61,664 bases of DNA from Candidatus Woesearchaeota archaeon (GCA_038825875.1 JAWBOS010000004.1:1-61664), one strand, 5' to 3'. Shown: positions 38,256-48,025, counted from the stretch's first letter. The notes: generated from the letters alone by a model not told the origin. A program made the numbers and translations.

Positions 38256-38552
38256 ACAACTCAGATAGATACAACTACAGGCTCGACAATGGTTGAATCG
38301 ACTTTGAGTTCTAGTGGAGAAAAAAGTGCAATAATTGATGTTATCAGCAAAATGACGGAAGTTAATGCTGTTTCAATTGAGGGTAAGTTGAGTACTTTTC
38401 AAGCATATAATATTTTTGATGTTTGTTTTAAGGACACCAGTGGTTTTAATTGTAAATCTACAGGTTGGACTAATAATCCAAAATATAATCCCAGTAGAGA
38501 CTGTTATAAACCAGTTGGTGGTAAAGAAATTTACTTTTGTGCAACCAAATAA
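38148..38552 (+). CDS. type IV pilin-like small Cys-patterned protein (family member 3)
   Basis: MKKSQSLSINTIIIAALGVVVLIVSIVLF; DVCF..NCKSTGW..RDCYKP..IYFC. Confidence 0.7.
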   Translation: MKKSQSLSINTIIIAALGVVVLIVSIVLFTSQMGKQTTQIDTTTGSTMVESTLSSSGEKSAIIDVISKMTEVNAVSIEGKLSTFQAYNIFDVCFKDTSGFNCKSTGWTNNPKYNPSRDCYKPVGGKEIYFCATK

Positions 38553-38620
38553 GTACCTCTGAGAGTTTTATATTTGATCTTTTCTTTTTTATTATTTTTT
38601 CTTATTGAATGTGATAAACT

Positions 38621-39034
38621 ATGAGATTTGAAAAGACAAGGATTATAATTTTAGGGATTTCTATTATACTTCTTGTATTTTTTCTCTTTTATTATTATCC
38701 AAAATATCGCCTAATTCAAGGCAGATACAGGGTTATAGAAATTCTAGAAAGGAAAAATATGACAATTGGGCAAATAGAGACCTTGTACGAAAAGAAACAA
38801 TGTGCTTTAAAATGTTTAGAGGAAAATGAGCAAAATCTTCAAAAAATGCAAAATATACTGTATACAATTTTAGATATTTATTCCATAAAGGAAATCGAGC
38901 CTGTGTTTTATATTATCCCAAAAAATCAAATTCTTCCATCAACATATGAAAAGGATCTTAGATATTGTATTGAAATAACTTCAAGTGATAGTGCTGAAAT
39001 TCGGACTTTCTTGTGTAAGAAAAAATATAAATAG
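38621..39034 (+). CDS. small N-terminally anchored Cys-containing protein (divergent family member 4)
   Basis: N-terminal TM, 4 Cys, and a C-terminal ..RTFLCKKKYK that resembles the xxF/YxC ending of members 1-3. Confidence 0.55.
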   Translation: MRFEKTRIIILGISIILLVFFLFYYYPKYRLIQGRYRVIEILERKNMTIGQIETLYEKKQCALKCLEENEQNLQKMQNILYTILDIYSIKEIEPVFYIIPKNQILPSTYEKDLRYCIEITSSDSAEIRTFLCKKKYK

Positions 39035-39062
39035 TAGTTTTGATTTTTATATTAGTTAAAAA

Positions 39063-39497
39063 ATGAAGAGATCTCTAAAAAACGATAAAAAAAATGAATC
39101 TAGCAGAAGAAGAATTTCCTTGATTATTTTACTTATATTGGTTATGATATTATTGATTGTTGTGTTTTCTTATTCTACAAAAACTTCTAATAGAAGATCA
39201 AATCAGCCAATTAACGAAGAAATACCCTTAGAATTGATAAATTTCTTAGAATCCAAAAACATAGATCCTTATGAGTTTTTAGTAGATTTACAAGAAGATA
39301 CAGATTGTAATGGTTTGGATTGGGGTCCTTGTTTAGAAAAAATATCTAAGGTTCTAGAAAAGTATAAATTGAAAATAAATTATGGTATTTGTTTAGATAG
39401 ATTGAATGAGTGTAGACCTGAAAAATCTATAAAAGATTCCTGCTTAAGAACAGTTTTTGCAAAAAGTACAGAATATGTTATTTATCTCTGCATCTAG
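39063..39497 (+). CDS. small N-terminally anchored Cys-rich protein (divergent family member 5)
   Basis: Basic N-terminus plus TM, 6 Cys, and a C-terminal ..YVIYLCI. Confidence 0.55.
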   Translation: MKRSLKNDKKNESSRRRISLIILLILVMILLIVVFSYSTKTSNRRSNQPINEEIPLELINFLESKNIDPYEFLVDLQEDTDCNGLDWGPCLEKISKVLEKYKLKINYGICLDRLNECRPEKSIKDSCLRTVFAKSTEYVIYLCI

Positions 39498-39499
39498 TT

Positions 39500-40069
39500 C
39501 TATATTTCAATTATTGCACCTTCAAAGCCAGGATTAACGAGTTTTGAGGTTCCAATTTCATCCATTTTTCCAAAATTTTCGTGTAAATGTCCACACACGC
39601 ATATTTTTGGTTGATATTTTTCAATGAATCTTCTAAATTCAATATTTCCTACATGTTCATTTTCAAGAAGATCTAGGTTAGTTCCATAAGGAGGAGCATG
39701 TGTGATAAAAATATCTAATTTTTTTATTTTCAATCTTTTCATTTCTATTTCAATTGATTTCGTGTCTGGATTAGAGTAACTAAAGCCACCTCCACCGATT
39801 CCGGCAATGATTATATTCTTAAATATTATTATCTTATTGTGGATAAATTGAATATTCTTGAGTTTTTTGATATAGAATTCTATTGCTTCTTCACTTTCAT
39901 GGTTTCCATGAATGAGAAAAATAGGAATATTTAATGTGTCCCATTTTTTAAGGATTTTTCCTAAATCTTCTTCAAAGAATGAAATGTCTCCAGCATGTAA
40001 TATTAGTTCTACATTCTCAGTTTTTTGAGGAATGAGGCCGTGTGTATCTGTAATAAGAAGTATTTTCAT
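39500..40069 (-). CDS. metallophosphoesterase (MJ0936/YfcE-like)
   Basis: ILLITDTHG, HAGDI, HGNHE, THAPP, CGHLHE. ATG at 40069 (the track GTG is at 40087). Confidence 0.85.
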   Translation of the reverse strand: MKILLITDTHGLIPQKTENVELILHAGDISFFEEDLGKILKKWDTLNIPIFLIHGNHESEEAIEFYIKKLKNIQFIHNKIIIFKNIIIAGIGGGGFSYSNPDTKSIEIEMKRLKIKKLDIFITHAPPYGTNLDLLENEHVGNIEFRRFIEKYQPKICVCGHLHENFGKMDEIGTSKLVNPGFEGAIIEI

Positions 40070-40073
40070 TTTT

Positions 40074-40886
40074 CTATAGACCTCCACTTATAAATGTTTC
40101 AATGATTCCTGCAATTAAAAGTAAGATACATGAAATTAGTATGAGTTCAGATGCATCATACAGAACTTTTTTGAACACTTTAGTGTTAATGTGATGATTT
40201 ATAATTGCTGTAAAGATTAAGCCACCTGCAAATGCACTTATTACATATGCCATTATCTCAGGTACTCCATGAAGTAAGTACTTTAGAGTTCCTCTTAACA
40301 TAGCGACGTAAAAGGGTTCTTTTATTCTTAGTAGATCATATATTGCGGAGCCAATTGCAAATCCTAGTACACTTGCATTCCAATTTAGAATCCAAAGACT
40401 TCCTGCGCCTATTAGTATTGAAGCAATTAAAGATAAGAACATAACTCGAAAGTTATTTGAAAGTATTTCTTGAAGATAAAGCATAGAGTTGTAAAAATTT
40501 CCAGTTGGTATATTATTTATTTCATCAATCACCTTTTTTTGTTCTAAGAATAAAGTGTTATTTGGAAAAAAAATCTGAATGAGGACTACTGCTAAAGTTG
40601 TGGAAAAGAAGAATATAGAAAAAAGCCCTATTGCTCGATAATGTAGTTTCCAATTCTCATAACTTCTTAACTCTCTTAATTCTTCAAAAGATAATATTTT
40701 ATATGCAAATGGTACTTGAAGAAGAGTAATGATGAATATTATTAATAGTGAGAGATTATTCAGTTTTAATAAAAAGCTAATTATCAAAAAGACGAGAAGC
40801 AAGATGAATTCTGTTAGAAAAAAGAATATGAAAAATGTAAATTCATGAGATTCATCATATTTTGGATTCAAGATTTCTTTTATCAT
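40074..40886 (-). CDS. SpoIIM-like (DUF95) integral membrane protein
   Basis: Multiple TM segments and LLHGVPEIMAYVISAFAGG. The track N-terminus (to 40997) runs into the SRP RNA, so the ATG at 40886 was used. Confidence 0.68.
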   Translation of the reverse strand: MIKEILNPKYDESHEFTFFIFFFLTEFILLLVFLIISFLLKLNNLSLLIIFIITLLQVPFAYKILSFEELRELRSYENWKLHYRAIGLFSIFFFSTTLAVVLIQIFFPNNTLFLEQKKVIDEINNIPTGNFYNSMLYLQEILSNNFRVMFLSLIASILIGAGSLWILNWNASVLGFAIGSAIYDLLRIKEPFYVAMLRGTLKYLLHGVPEIMAYVISAFAGGLIFTAIINHHINTKVFKKVLYDASELILISCILLLIAGIIETFISGGL

Positions 40887-40911
40887 TTTTGAATAAAAAT
40901 TTGATAAAAAA

Positions 40912-41181
40912 GAGCCCCCACGCGGATTGCTGGAGGCAGAACCAGAACATGAATTTTGGTATTTACTCATATCCGCTCCCCTATCTGCACCAATCATATG
41001 GCTTATGGCTGCTTCCTTCCGGACCTGACCCGTTCACCACATGATTGGCCTGATAGGACAGATACTCACAGTAAATACCAAAACCCAGAGGTTCTAATTC
41101 TTACCCCTCGCAATCCGCTTCGGTTCCGCCATATAGCCTTGCGGTTACAACCCCTGGCTAGAGGGCCAACCTAGGGGGCTC
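40912..41181 (-). ncRNA. ffs: signal recognition particle RNA (7S/SRP RNA)
   Basis: The reverse complement contains the helix-8 signature GGUCAGGUCCGGAAGGAAGCAGCC. The 5' GAGCCCCC pairs with the 3' GGGGGCUC, an Alu-domain-like GGCCCUCUAGCCAGGGGUUGUAACCGC is present, and the region is a GC-rich island in AT-rich DNA. Confidence 0.87.
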
Positions 41182-41334
41182 GTTAATAAAAAATTGAGAA
41201 TTATTTTTAAAGATTTTCTTTCTAATCAAATCGAAACATTTATAAATTTTTTTATCTATCCTTTTATAAAATTATCTTTACAAAAGTGTGTATTTTTTGA
41301 TGATTATTTTTTAATTGTGTGATTGGTGAAAGAA

Positions 41335-42297
41335 ATGTCTGGTAAATCTATTAAAAAGTGCCCTGAATGTGGCTCTCATAATCTCTTTTTTGATATGAAA
41401 AAGGGAGAAGTTGTTTGCAGAGATTGTGGTTTTGTTATAGATGCACAGATGGTGGATTTTGACAAAGAGTGGAGATCATTTGAAGATGAGGAAAACGAAA
41501 AGAGACGAGCTGGCAGTCCGTTGACTTATACACAATATGACAAAGGTGTTGGAACTCAAATAGGAAATACTTCTGATTTCGCAAGATTGGATCCTAAGCT
41601 CAAAAAAACTTTTCAGAGGATCAGTGTTTGGCATCAGAGAGTTAGCACGGCAATAGAAAGAAATTTGAAAACTGCACTTGCAGAATTAAGACGAATTTCA
41701 TCGACATTGAATTTGCCTCCCTCTGTAGAAGAAGAGGCAGCAAGGATATATACCTTAGCAGTTCAAAAAGGGCTTGTGAGAGGAAGAAGTATGGAATCCG
41801 TAGTTTCTGGAGCAGTTTATGCAGCATGCAGAAGAAATGAGGTTCCAAGAACGCTTAATGAAATTTCTGAAAGCATAGGTATAGATAAAAAAGAGATTGG
41901 AAGAACCTATAGATTTATAACCCGTGAATTAGGAATAAATATTTTACCAAGTAATCCAGCAGATTATATTGACAGATTTGCATCAGCACTTAAATTATCT
42001 TCAAAAATTCGAGTTCAAGCAATTGAGATTTTAGAGAAGGCTAAGGATTTGGAACTTACTTCTGGTAGGGGACCTACAGGTATTGCAGCAGCAGCTTTGT
42101 ATGTTGCAGCATTGATGAATAATGAGAAAAGAACACAGAGAGAGGTAGCAGAAGTAGCAGGAGTAACTGAAGTTACAATCAGAAATCGTTACAAAGAATT
42201 GATAGAATTGTTGAAACTCAATAATAAGATAAAAAAATCAAAAAAACGTGGAAGAAAAGAGGAGCAGCAATCTGAGGACGAGGATCTGAACTTCTAG
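41335..42297 (+). CDS. tfb: transcription initiation factor IIB (TFB)
   Basis: Zn ribbon CPECGS..CRDCG, two cyclin repeats, C-terminal HTH VAEVAGVTEVTIRNRYKEL, plus a Lys/Glu-rich tail. Confidence 0.96.
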   Translation: MSGKSIKKCPECGSHNLFFDMKKGEVVCRDCGFVIDAQMVDFDKEWRSFEDEENEKRRAGSPLTYTQYDKGVGTQIGNTSDFARLDPKLKKTFQRISVWHQRVSTAIERNLKTALAELRRISSTLNLPPSVEEEAARIYTLAVQKGLVRGRSMESVVSGAVYAACRRNEVPRTLNEISESIGIDKKEIGRTYRFITRELGINILPSNPADYIDRFASALKLSSKIRVQAIEILEKAKDLELTSGRGPTGIAAAALYVAALMNNEKRTQREVAEVAGVTEVTIRNRYKELIELLKLNNKIKKSKKRGRKEEQQSEDEDLNF

Positions 42298-42313
42298 CCA
42301 TTCAAACAGATTT

Positions 42314-43696
42314 TTAATTCTTAGTTAACTCTTTTTCAAGTTCTTCGAGATTCAATTGATCGAAAGGGATTCCTAATCTTTTGTATTTTTTCAGTAAATC
42401 GTTCATTTTTCCTTTGTTACTTTTAAACATCCTTAACAATTTACTCATTTGTTTATATTGTTTTATTAGCAATTTTATTTCTTCTTTTTTAACTCCACTT
42501 CCTTTAGAAACTCTATTTATTCTAGATTCGTTAATTATTTCTGGATTTCTCAATTCTTCAAAAGTAAAAGATTGTAAAGCATATTTCCATTTCTCCAATG
42601 TTTCTTCTTGCTGGTTAATGAGTTCTTTTGGTAGAGATAAGCTACTTAATCCAGGAATCATGCTAAATAATTTTCCCAAAGATCCAAATTTTTTTACGGT
42701 TTCTAATTGAAAATAGAAGTCCATAAGATTAAATTCACCAGATTCTATCCTTTTTTCAAGTTCTTTTGCTACATCAACACTTACTTCTTCTTGAATCTTA
42801 GCTAATAATCCTCTAATATCCCCAAATCCAATTAATCTTCCTACAAATCCTTTTACATCAAACTCTTCTAAATCCTCTATTTTTTCTCCTACACCAATAA
42901 AGAAAACAGGAACATTTGCAATTTTACAAGCTGCTAAAACTCCACCACCTTTTGCGGTACCTTCCATCTTAGTTACAATTACTCCACTTATTCCTATACT
43001 TTCGTGAAAACCTCGTGCTTGTTTTTCAGATTGCTGTCCAGTTTCTGCAGTTATTACCAATAATTTATGATTTGGGTTTACAATTTCATTTATTTTTTTA
43101 ATTTCATCAATGTAATCTGGTTCTAGTGCATTTCTTCCAGCAGTATCAACAATGATTAATTCATATTTAATTAATTCTTTTTCATATTTTTTCCAAACTT
43201 TTACAGGATCCCTTTCTTTTTCATCACCAAAAAAATCTACATGAATCTTTTCACTTAACTGCTTAAGTTGTTCAAAAGCAGCAGGTCTAAATGTATCTAA
43301 TTGAACAAGTGCAATCTTGTAGCCCTTTTTCTTATAGTAGTAAGCTAATTTAGCAGCAGTAGTTGTCTTTCCATGCCCAAACAATCCCAATAAAAGAATT
43401 CTATCTCCTTTTTTAACAATTAACTTTTCATCTTTTCCCAGGATGTTTACTAATTCTTCATAGATTATGTTTATTATTTGCTCTTTTCTACTTATTTTTG
43501 AAGGTGGTTTCTCTTCAAAAGCTCTTTTTTTAATTTTATTAGATAATTCTAAAACTAACCGTACATTAACATCAGCACTTATTAATGCCCTTTGGATTTC
43601 TTTTACTGCAGATTCAATTACCTCTTTTTCACTAGATAAAGATGTTGCAATACTAGTTATAGTCTTCTTTAATGATTCACTTAGTTTTTCTAACAT
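42314..43696 (-). CDS. srp54: signal recognition particle protein SRP54
   Basis: GLFGHGKTTTAAKLA, DTAGR, TKMEGTAKGG, and a Met-rich M domain. Confidence 0.96.
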   Translation of the reverse strand: MLEKLSESLKKTITSIATSLSSEKEVIESAVKEIQRALISADVNVRLVLELSNKIKKRAFEEKPPSKISRKEQIINIIYEELVNILGKDEKLIVKKGDRILLLGLFGHGKTTTAAKLAYYYKKKGYKIALVQLDTFRPAAFEQLKQLSEKIHVDFFGDEKERDPVKVWKKYEKELIKYELIIVDTAGRNALEPDYIDEIKKINEIVNPNHKLLVITAETGQQSEKQARGFHESIGISGVIVTKMEGTAKGGGVLAACKIANVPVFFIGVGEKIEDLEEFDVKGFVGRLIGFGDIRGLLAKIQEEVSVDVAKELEKRIESGEFNLMDFYFQLETVKKFGSLGKLFSMIPGLSSLSLPKELINQQEETLEKWKYALQSFTFEELRNPEIINESRINRVSKGSGVKKEEIKLLIKQYKQMSKLLRMFKSNKGKMNDLLKKYKRLGIPFDQLNLEELEKELTKN

Positions 43697-43758
43697 ATGC
43701 TTAAAGATGGAAGTATTCTTTTAAAAAATTTTTTATATCTGTATTCTTATTTCAAATT

Positions 43759-44697
43759 ATGATAATTGCTTTATATGGAAAAAAGGGAAGTGGAAAGACA
43801 ACGGTTGCAAAATATCTTCTTTCGAAGAATTTTGAAAGTGAGTATTATCCAATAGAGAAGTTAAGTGAATCTAAAAACATAGTTTTAGACTCGATTACGC
43901 CCGATTATATTAACAATCTCTTTTCTAGGAATGATTTTTTTGTTATCGAAATTGAATGTGATAAGAAAATAAGAGAAAGAAGAATAAATGAGGAGATTAT
44001 CGAATTAGAATCTGAGAATCAAGAAATAGTTCCTGATTTTAAAATTTTTAATAATCACTCTGTTGAAGAATTGTATAAAAAGATAGATACTATTTTGCAA
44101 ATAATTCCTCAAATAAAATCGCCTGAAGATCGTTTTGAAAAAACTTACAATGAGATTTATATCTATAATGATAGGTTAATTCTCAGACCTATAAAGATAA
44201 AGTATTATCTTAATGTTGCAAAGGAAGTCGCTAAAAGAAGTACTTGCTTATATGTTAGATATGGTGCTATAATAGTGAAGGATGATCAGATTGTTTCTAC
44301 AGGATATGTAGGTGCTCCCAGAGGTGTAAAGTCATCTATTGATAAGAATTTCTGTTTGAGAAGACAATTAAATATTCCATCAGGCACACACTATGAAATT
44401 TGTAGATCTGTGCATGCTGAGCAAAATGCAATAATTAATGCGGCAAGGGCGGGGGTTAATATCTTGAATGGAACCATGTATTTCTATGGAGAAAAATACA
44501 CTTCAAATGGTACTAATATTATAAATGGCTTTCCATGTTTTATATGTAAGAAAATGATAATAAATGCAGGAATTAGTAAATTTATTTCACTTAATACCTC
44601 TGGTAAAATTGTAATTTATGATGTTGATGCTTGGAGAGAAGAATGGAAAGAGAATGATATGCTTGAAACCAAGGAAAGATATTTTGTAGATTATTAA
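43759..44697 (+). CDS. fusion protein: N-terminal P-loop (d)NMP-kinase-like domain + C-terminal dCMP deaminase
   Basis: Walker A YGKKGSGKTTVAKY at residues 6-19; deaminase VHAEQNAI and PCFICKKMIINAGI in the C-terminal half. Confidence 0.85.
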   Translation: MIIALYGKKGSGKTTVAKYLLSKNFESEYYPIEKLSESKNIVLDSITPDYINNLFSRNDFFVIEIECDKKIRERRINEEIIELESENQEIVPDFKIFNNHSVEELYKKIDTILQIIPQIKSPEDRFEKTYNEIYIYNDRLILRPIKIKYYLNVAKEVAKRSTCLYVRYGAIIVKDDQIVSTGYVGAPRGVKSSIDKNFCLRRQLNIPSGTHYEICRSVHAEQNAIINAARAGVNILNGTMYFYGEKYTSNGTNIINGFPCFICKKMIINAGISKFISLNTSGKIVIYDVDAWREEWKENDMLETKERYFVDY

Positions 44698-44705
44698 TCT
44701 TAAAA

Positions 44706-46652
44706 ATGAACTCTTATTTTTGGTTTCCATATGAGAAATTAAGAAAAGGTCAATATGAGATGATGAATTCTATAAGGGAAGCTCTGTTAAATTCTAAACC
44801 TATCCTAATTCATGCTCCTACAGGAATAGGAAAAACATCAGCAGTTTTGGCTTCAGTATTACCATTTGCAAAGGAAACTCAAAAAAAGGTATTCTTTCTT
44901 ACTTCCAGGCTTTTGCATCATCATTTAATAAAAGAAACAATAAGAGAAATTATTAAAAAACATTCTGTAAATATAAAATCTGCATATCTGATTGGTAAAA
45001 GATATCTTTGTAGTTATGATTTTGCAGTAAAAAAGAACGATTTTCATGAATTCTGTGCAAAATTAAGAGAACACGATCAGTGTCCATATTATTTGAAAAC
45101 ATACCAGAATAGCAAGATAAATCCTGAAATTATATCTCAAATTAAGGAATATGATATAGTAGATTCTTCTATGATTTTGGATCTGTTTAGAGAAAATTTT
45201 TGTTCTTATGAAATATCGATATATCTTGCAAAAAATGCAGACATAATTGTGCTAGATTATAACTATATATTAAATCCAACAATAAGGAACATATTTTTAA
45301 AAAGGTTTAATTTATCATTAGATGATTGTATTTTTATTTTTGATGAGTCTCACAATCTGCCAAAGAGAGCAACAGAGATTTTATCTTCTAAGATCACTAT
45401 CCAACAGATAAAGAACACATTGATGCAGTTGAGAGAATTTAATTATGAAATTGATGAACTAAACTTCCTTTACAGTTTTTTGGAAGAAAAATTTCGGGAT
45501 TTAATTATCAAAAATCTTTTATTGTATAATAAAAAATTTGTTCATGAGGATGTTGTAAGATTCAAGAAAGATCTTGAAAATAAATCAATAGGCACATTGA
45601 GATCAATGTTTGAAAGAATTCTAATTGAAGAAACAGAGATAGTGGATCAAATATCCTTTTCCAGAGAAGAACTTTCAGGAGTTTCAGATCTTTTGGATTT
45701 ACTTTATTCAAAACTTAGCAATATTGGTTATGAGATAATAGAGCATGTCAAAAAGAATTATGTGTTAAGTTTAGCAAAAAATTTAGAAACGTTTCTTTAT
45801 TTAGATCCATCTTACTTCACATATTTTTCATACAGTAGAGATTCTCAAAATTTTGGTATTTATGCCGAGTGCTTAGATCCTTCTAAACTTTTTTTGGATT
45901 TAGGGAACAATGTAATTGCTATGTCTGGAACATTGAAGCCAGTTGAAATGTATAACCAGATATTGTTCAATGGAAGAGGAATTGAAAAAACCTTTGATAG
46001 TCCTTTTCCAGAAAAAAATAAATTAGAGATTATTCTCACAGATGTATCTTCTCTGTACAAAAAAAGAAATGAAGAAGAATACAAACGTATTGCAGCAAAG
46101 CTAACAAGTATTCTAAATTATATTCCTGGAAATGTTTTAATATATTTTCCTAGTTATTATTTTCTTTATTCTATCAAAAGATATGTTAATACTCAAAAGG
46201 CAATCCTTGTTGAAAATCCGAATCTTTCTAAAAGAGAAAAAGATGATTTGTTAGATGAGTTTAAAGGATATGCTAAAAGATCACATCCTGGAGGTGTTTT
46301 GTTTGCAGTTTCAACTGGAAATTTTGCAGAAGGAATTGATTTACCAGATGAATATTTAAATGCAGTAATAATTGTGGGTTTTCCATTAGAAAAACCAGAT
46401 TTAAGAACAAGAGCAAGAATTGAGTTTTATGATAAAAAATTCGGAAATGGAGAGAATTATGCCTACATTTATCCTACGTTAGCAAAAGTTATGCAAAACG
46501 CGGGTAGATGTATAAGAACAGAAAAAGATCGTGGGATAATTATCTATATGGACGAAAGATTTAAGAGGTTTAAATCATTTTTTCCAAGTGCAATCATTGA
46601 TCCAAAAGATATAGATAAGATCATTCAAGATTTTTTTCGTTATGATTCATGA
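44706..46652 (+). CDS. xpd: XPD/Rad3-family Fe-S DNA helicase
   Basis: HAPTGIGKT, Fe-S Cys cluster (YLCSY..FCAKLREHDQCPYY..FCSYE), DESHNL, MQNAGRCIR. Confidence 0.9.
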   Translation: MNSYFWFPYEKLRKGQYEMMNSIREALLNSKPILIHAPTGIGKTSAVLASVLPFAKETQKKVFFLTSRLLHHHLIKETIREIIKKHSVNIKSAYLIGKRYLCSYDFAVKKNDFHEFCAKLREHDQCPYYLKTYQNSKINPEIISQIKEYDIVDSSMILDLFRENFCSYEISIYLAKNADIIVLDYNYILNPTIRNIFLKRFNLSLDDCIFIFDESHNLPKRATEILSSKITIQQIKNTLMQLREFNYEIDELNFLYSFLEEKFRDLIIKNLLLYNKKFVHEDVVRFKKDLENKSIGTLRSMFERILIEETEIVDQISFSREELSGVSDLLDLLYSKLSNIGYEIIEHVKKNYVLSLAKNLETFLYLDPSYFTYFSYSRDSQNFGIYAECLDPSKLFLDLGNNVIAMSGTLKPVEMYNQILFNGRGIEKTFDSPFPEKNKLEIILTDVSSLYKKRNEEEYKRIAAKLTSILNYIPGNVLIYFPSYYFLYSIKRYVNTQKAILVENPNLSKREKDDLLDEFKGYAKRSHPGGVLFAVSTGNFAEGIDLPDEYLNAVIIVGFPLEKPDLRTRARIEFYDKKFGNGENYAYIYPTLAKVMQNAGRCIRTEKDRGIIIYMDERFKRFKSFFPSAIIDPKDIDKIIQDFFRYDS

Positions 46653-46717
46653 GATTCATAAGAAAAAATTTAAATTAAGATAATTCAAATTATTAGTTCA
46701 AATTTGTAATTTAGAAA

Positions 46718-47203
46718 ATGAGAGATTCATTAAACAAAGGATTAAGCTTTGGATTGACATCAGGTATTATAACTACCTTAGGTTTAATGGTTGGTTTACA
46801 TTCTGGAACCCATTCAAAATTAGCTGTTATCGGGGGAATTTTAACTATAGCAATTGCAGATGCATTTTCAGATGCCTTTGGAATTCATGTTTCAGAAGAA
46901 TCCGAAAGCAAACATACCTCAAAAGAGATTTGGGAAGCAACATTATTTACTTTTTTCTTCAAATTTATTTTTTCTTCCTCTTTTATTGTTCCTTTTTTGT
47001 TGTGGGATTTGTTAATTGCAGTAATTGTGAGTGTTATCTGGGGCTTATTTTTATTGACAATCTTTAGTTATTATATTGCTAAAAAAGAAAAAGAAGAACC
47101 ATTAAAAGTGATTTCTGAGCATTTCTTTATTGCAGTAATAGTAATTTTTTTATCGCATCTTGTAGGAGATGTTATTGCAAATTTTTTTTATAACTTAAGA
47201 TGA
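46718..47203 (+). CDS. VIT1/CCC1-like small membrane protein
   Basis: GLTSGIITTLGLMVGL and IADAFSDAFG; 161 aa with 4-5 TM segments. Functional assignment is tentative. Confidence 0.55.
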   Translation: MRDSLNKGLSFGLTSGIITTLGLMVGLHSGTHSKLAVIGGILTIAIADAFSDAFGIHVSEESESKHTSKEIWEATLFTFFFKFIFSSSFIVPFLLWDLLIAVIVSVIWGLFLLTIFSYYIAKKEKEEPLKVISEHFFIAVIVIFLSHLVGDVIANFFYNLR

Positions 47204-47281
47204 ATTTTTTATTTGGCAAAATTTTCAAAAACTAAAATTTTTAAAATAAAAGAATATTCAAAATGCTTGTTTTTCAAGGTG

Positions 47282-47713
47282 ATGAAAATGGAGCAAAGAA
47301 ATTTTTCTGATACAATTGGTTATCATTATATCGTTGAAGCTAGTGGTTGCAATCCAGAAATTCTTTCTGATTCAAACAAGATAAGAGATATTTTTATTGA
47401 AGCTGCGAAGTTGGCAAAAATGGATGTTAGAAGTAGTTATTTTTTCAGATTCTATCCTTTTGGTGTTAGTGGTGTTGTTATAATCTCTGAAAGTCATATT
47501 TCAACGCACACATGGCCTGAAAAAGGATATGCTGCATTAGATGTTTATACCTGTGGGAACACAGATCCAGAAGTTGCTGTAAAATATATCCTTGAAAAAT
47601 TTGAAGCAAAACATGCTCATTTTACTGAAATTAAAAGAGGAATTTTTGAGGAAGAGGACAATACATACACACACATGTTTGTTACATGGGACGAAAAGAT
47701 TACTAAGGAGTAA
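47282..47713 (+). CDS. speH: S-adenosylmethionine decarboxylase proenzyme (pyruvoyl, SpeH type)
   Basis: GYHYIVEASGC and the self-cleavage site SESHISTHTWPE, followed by YAALDVYTCG. The start is moved past the TATA-like AAATTTTTAAAATAAAAG to the ATGs at 47282/47288, which follow AAGGTGA. Confidence 0.88.
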   Translation: MKMEQRNFSDTIGYHYIVEASGCNPEILSDSNKIRDIFIEAAKLAKMDVRSSYFFRFYPFGVSGVVIISESHISTHTWPEKGYAALDVYTCGNTDPEVAVKYILEKFEAKHAHFTEIKRGIFEEEDNTYTHMFVTWDEKITKE

Positions 47714-47752
47714 TTTAATGAAATCTTTATATATTTATTTGTATTTCCAAAA

Positions 47753-48025
47753 ATGATGGACGAGAAAGTAGCTCATCTTCTGTCTGAGTTGGATGCAATT
47801 TTCTCAAAAATTCGGGAGGAGAAATCTTATAAGGTTGCAGGAGTTCCTAATTCTAGTCTTAAGGTAGTTTGCTCAGTTTGTAAGCAAGAAATTGAGTTTG
47901 CTCATACAGTTTATAATCTGGCAGAGCATAAGATAATTTGCTTTAGATGTTATGAACGAGATCTTTCAGAAACAGAAGATGTGGCAGAATGGATGAAAGA
48001 TTTTTCATTTGAAGATTATTTCTAA
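47753..48025 (+). CDS. hypothetical Zn-ribbon protein
   Basis: CSVCKQ..(20 aa)..CFRC. Confidence 0.45.
   Translation: MMDEKVAHLLSELDAIFSKIREEKSYKVAGVPNSSLKVVCSVCKQEIEFAHTVYNLAEHKIICFRCYERDLSETEDVAEWMKDFSFEDYF

Noticed and set aside
40862-41174. Track ORFs 40862..41044(+) and 40956..41174(+)
   Set aside because: They overlap the SRP RNA on the opposite strand and have no coding signal beyond being open in GC-rich RNA.
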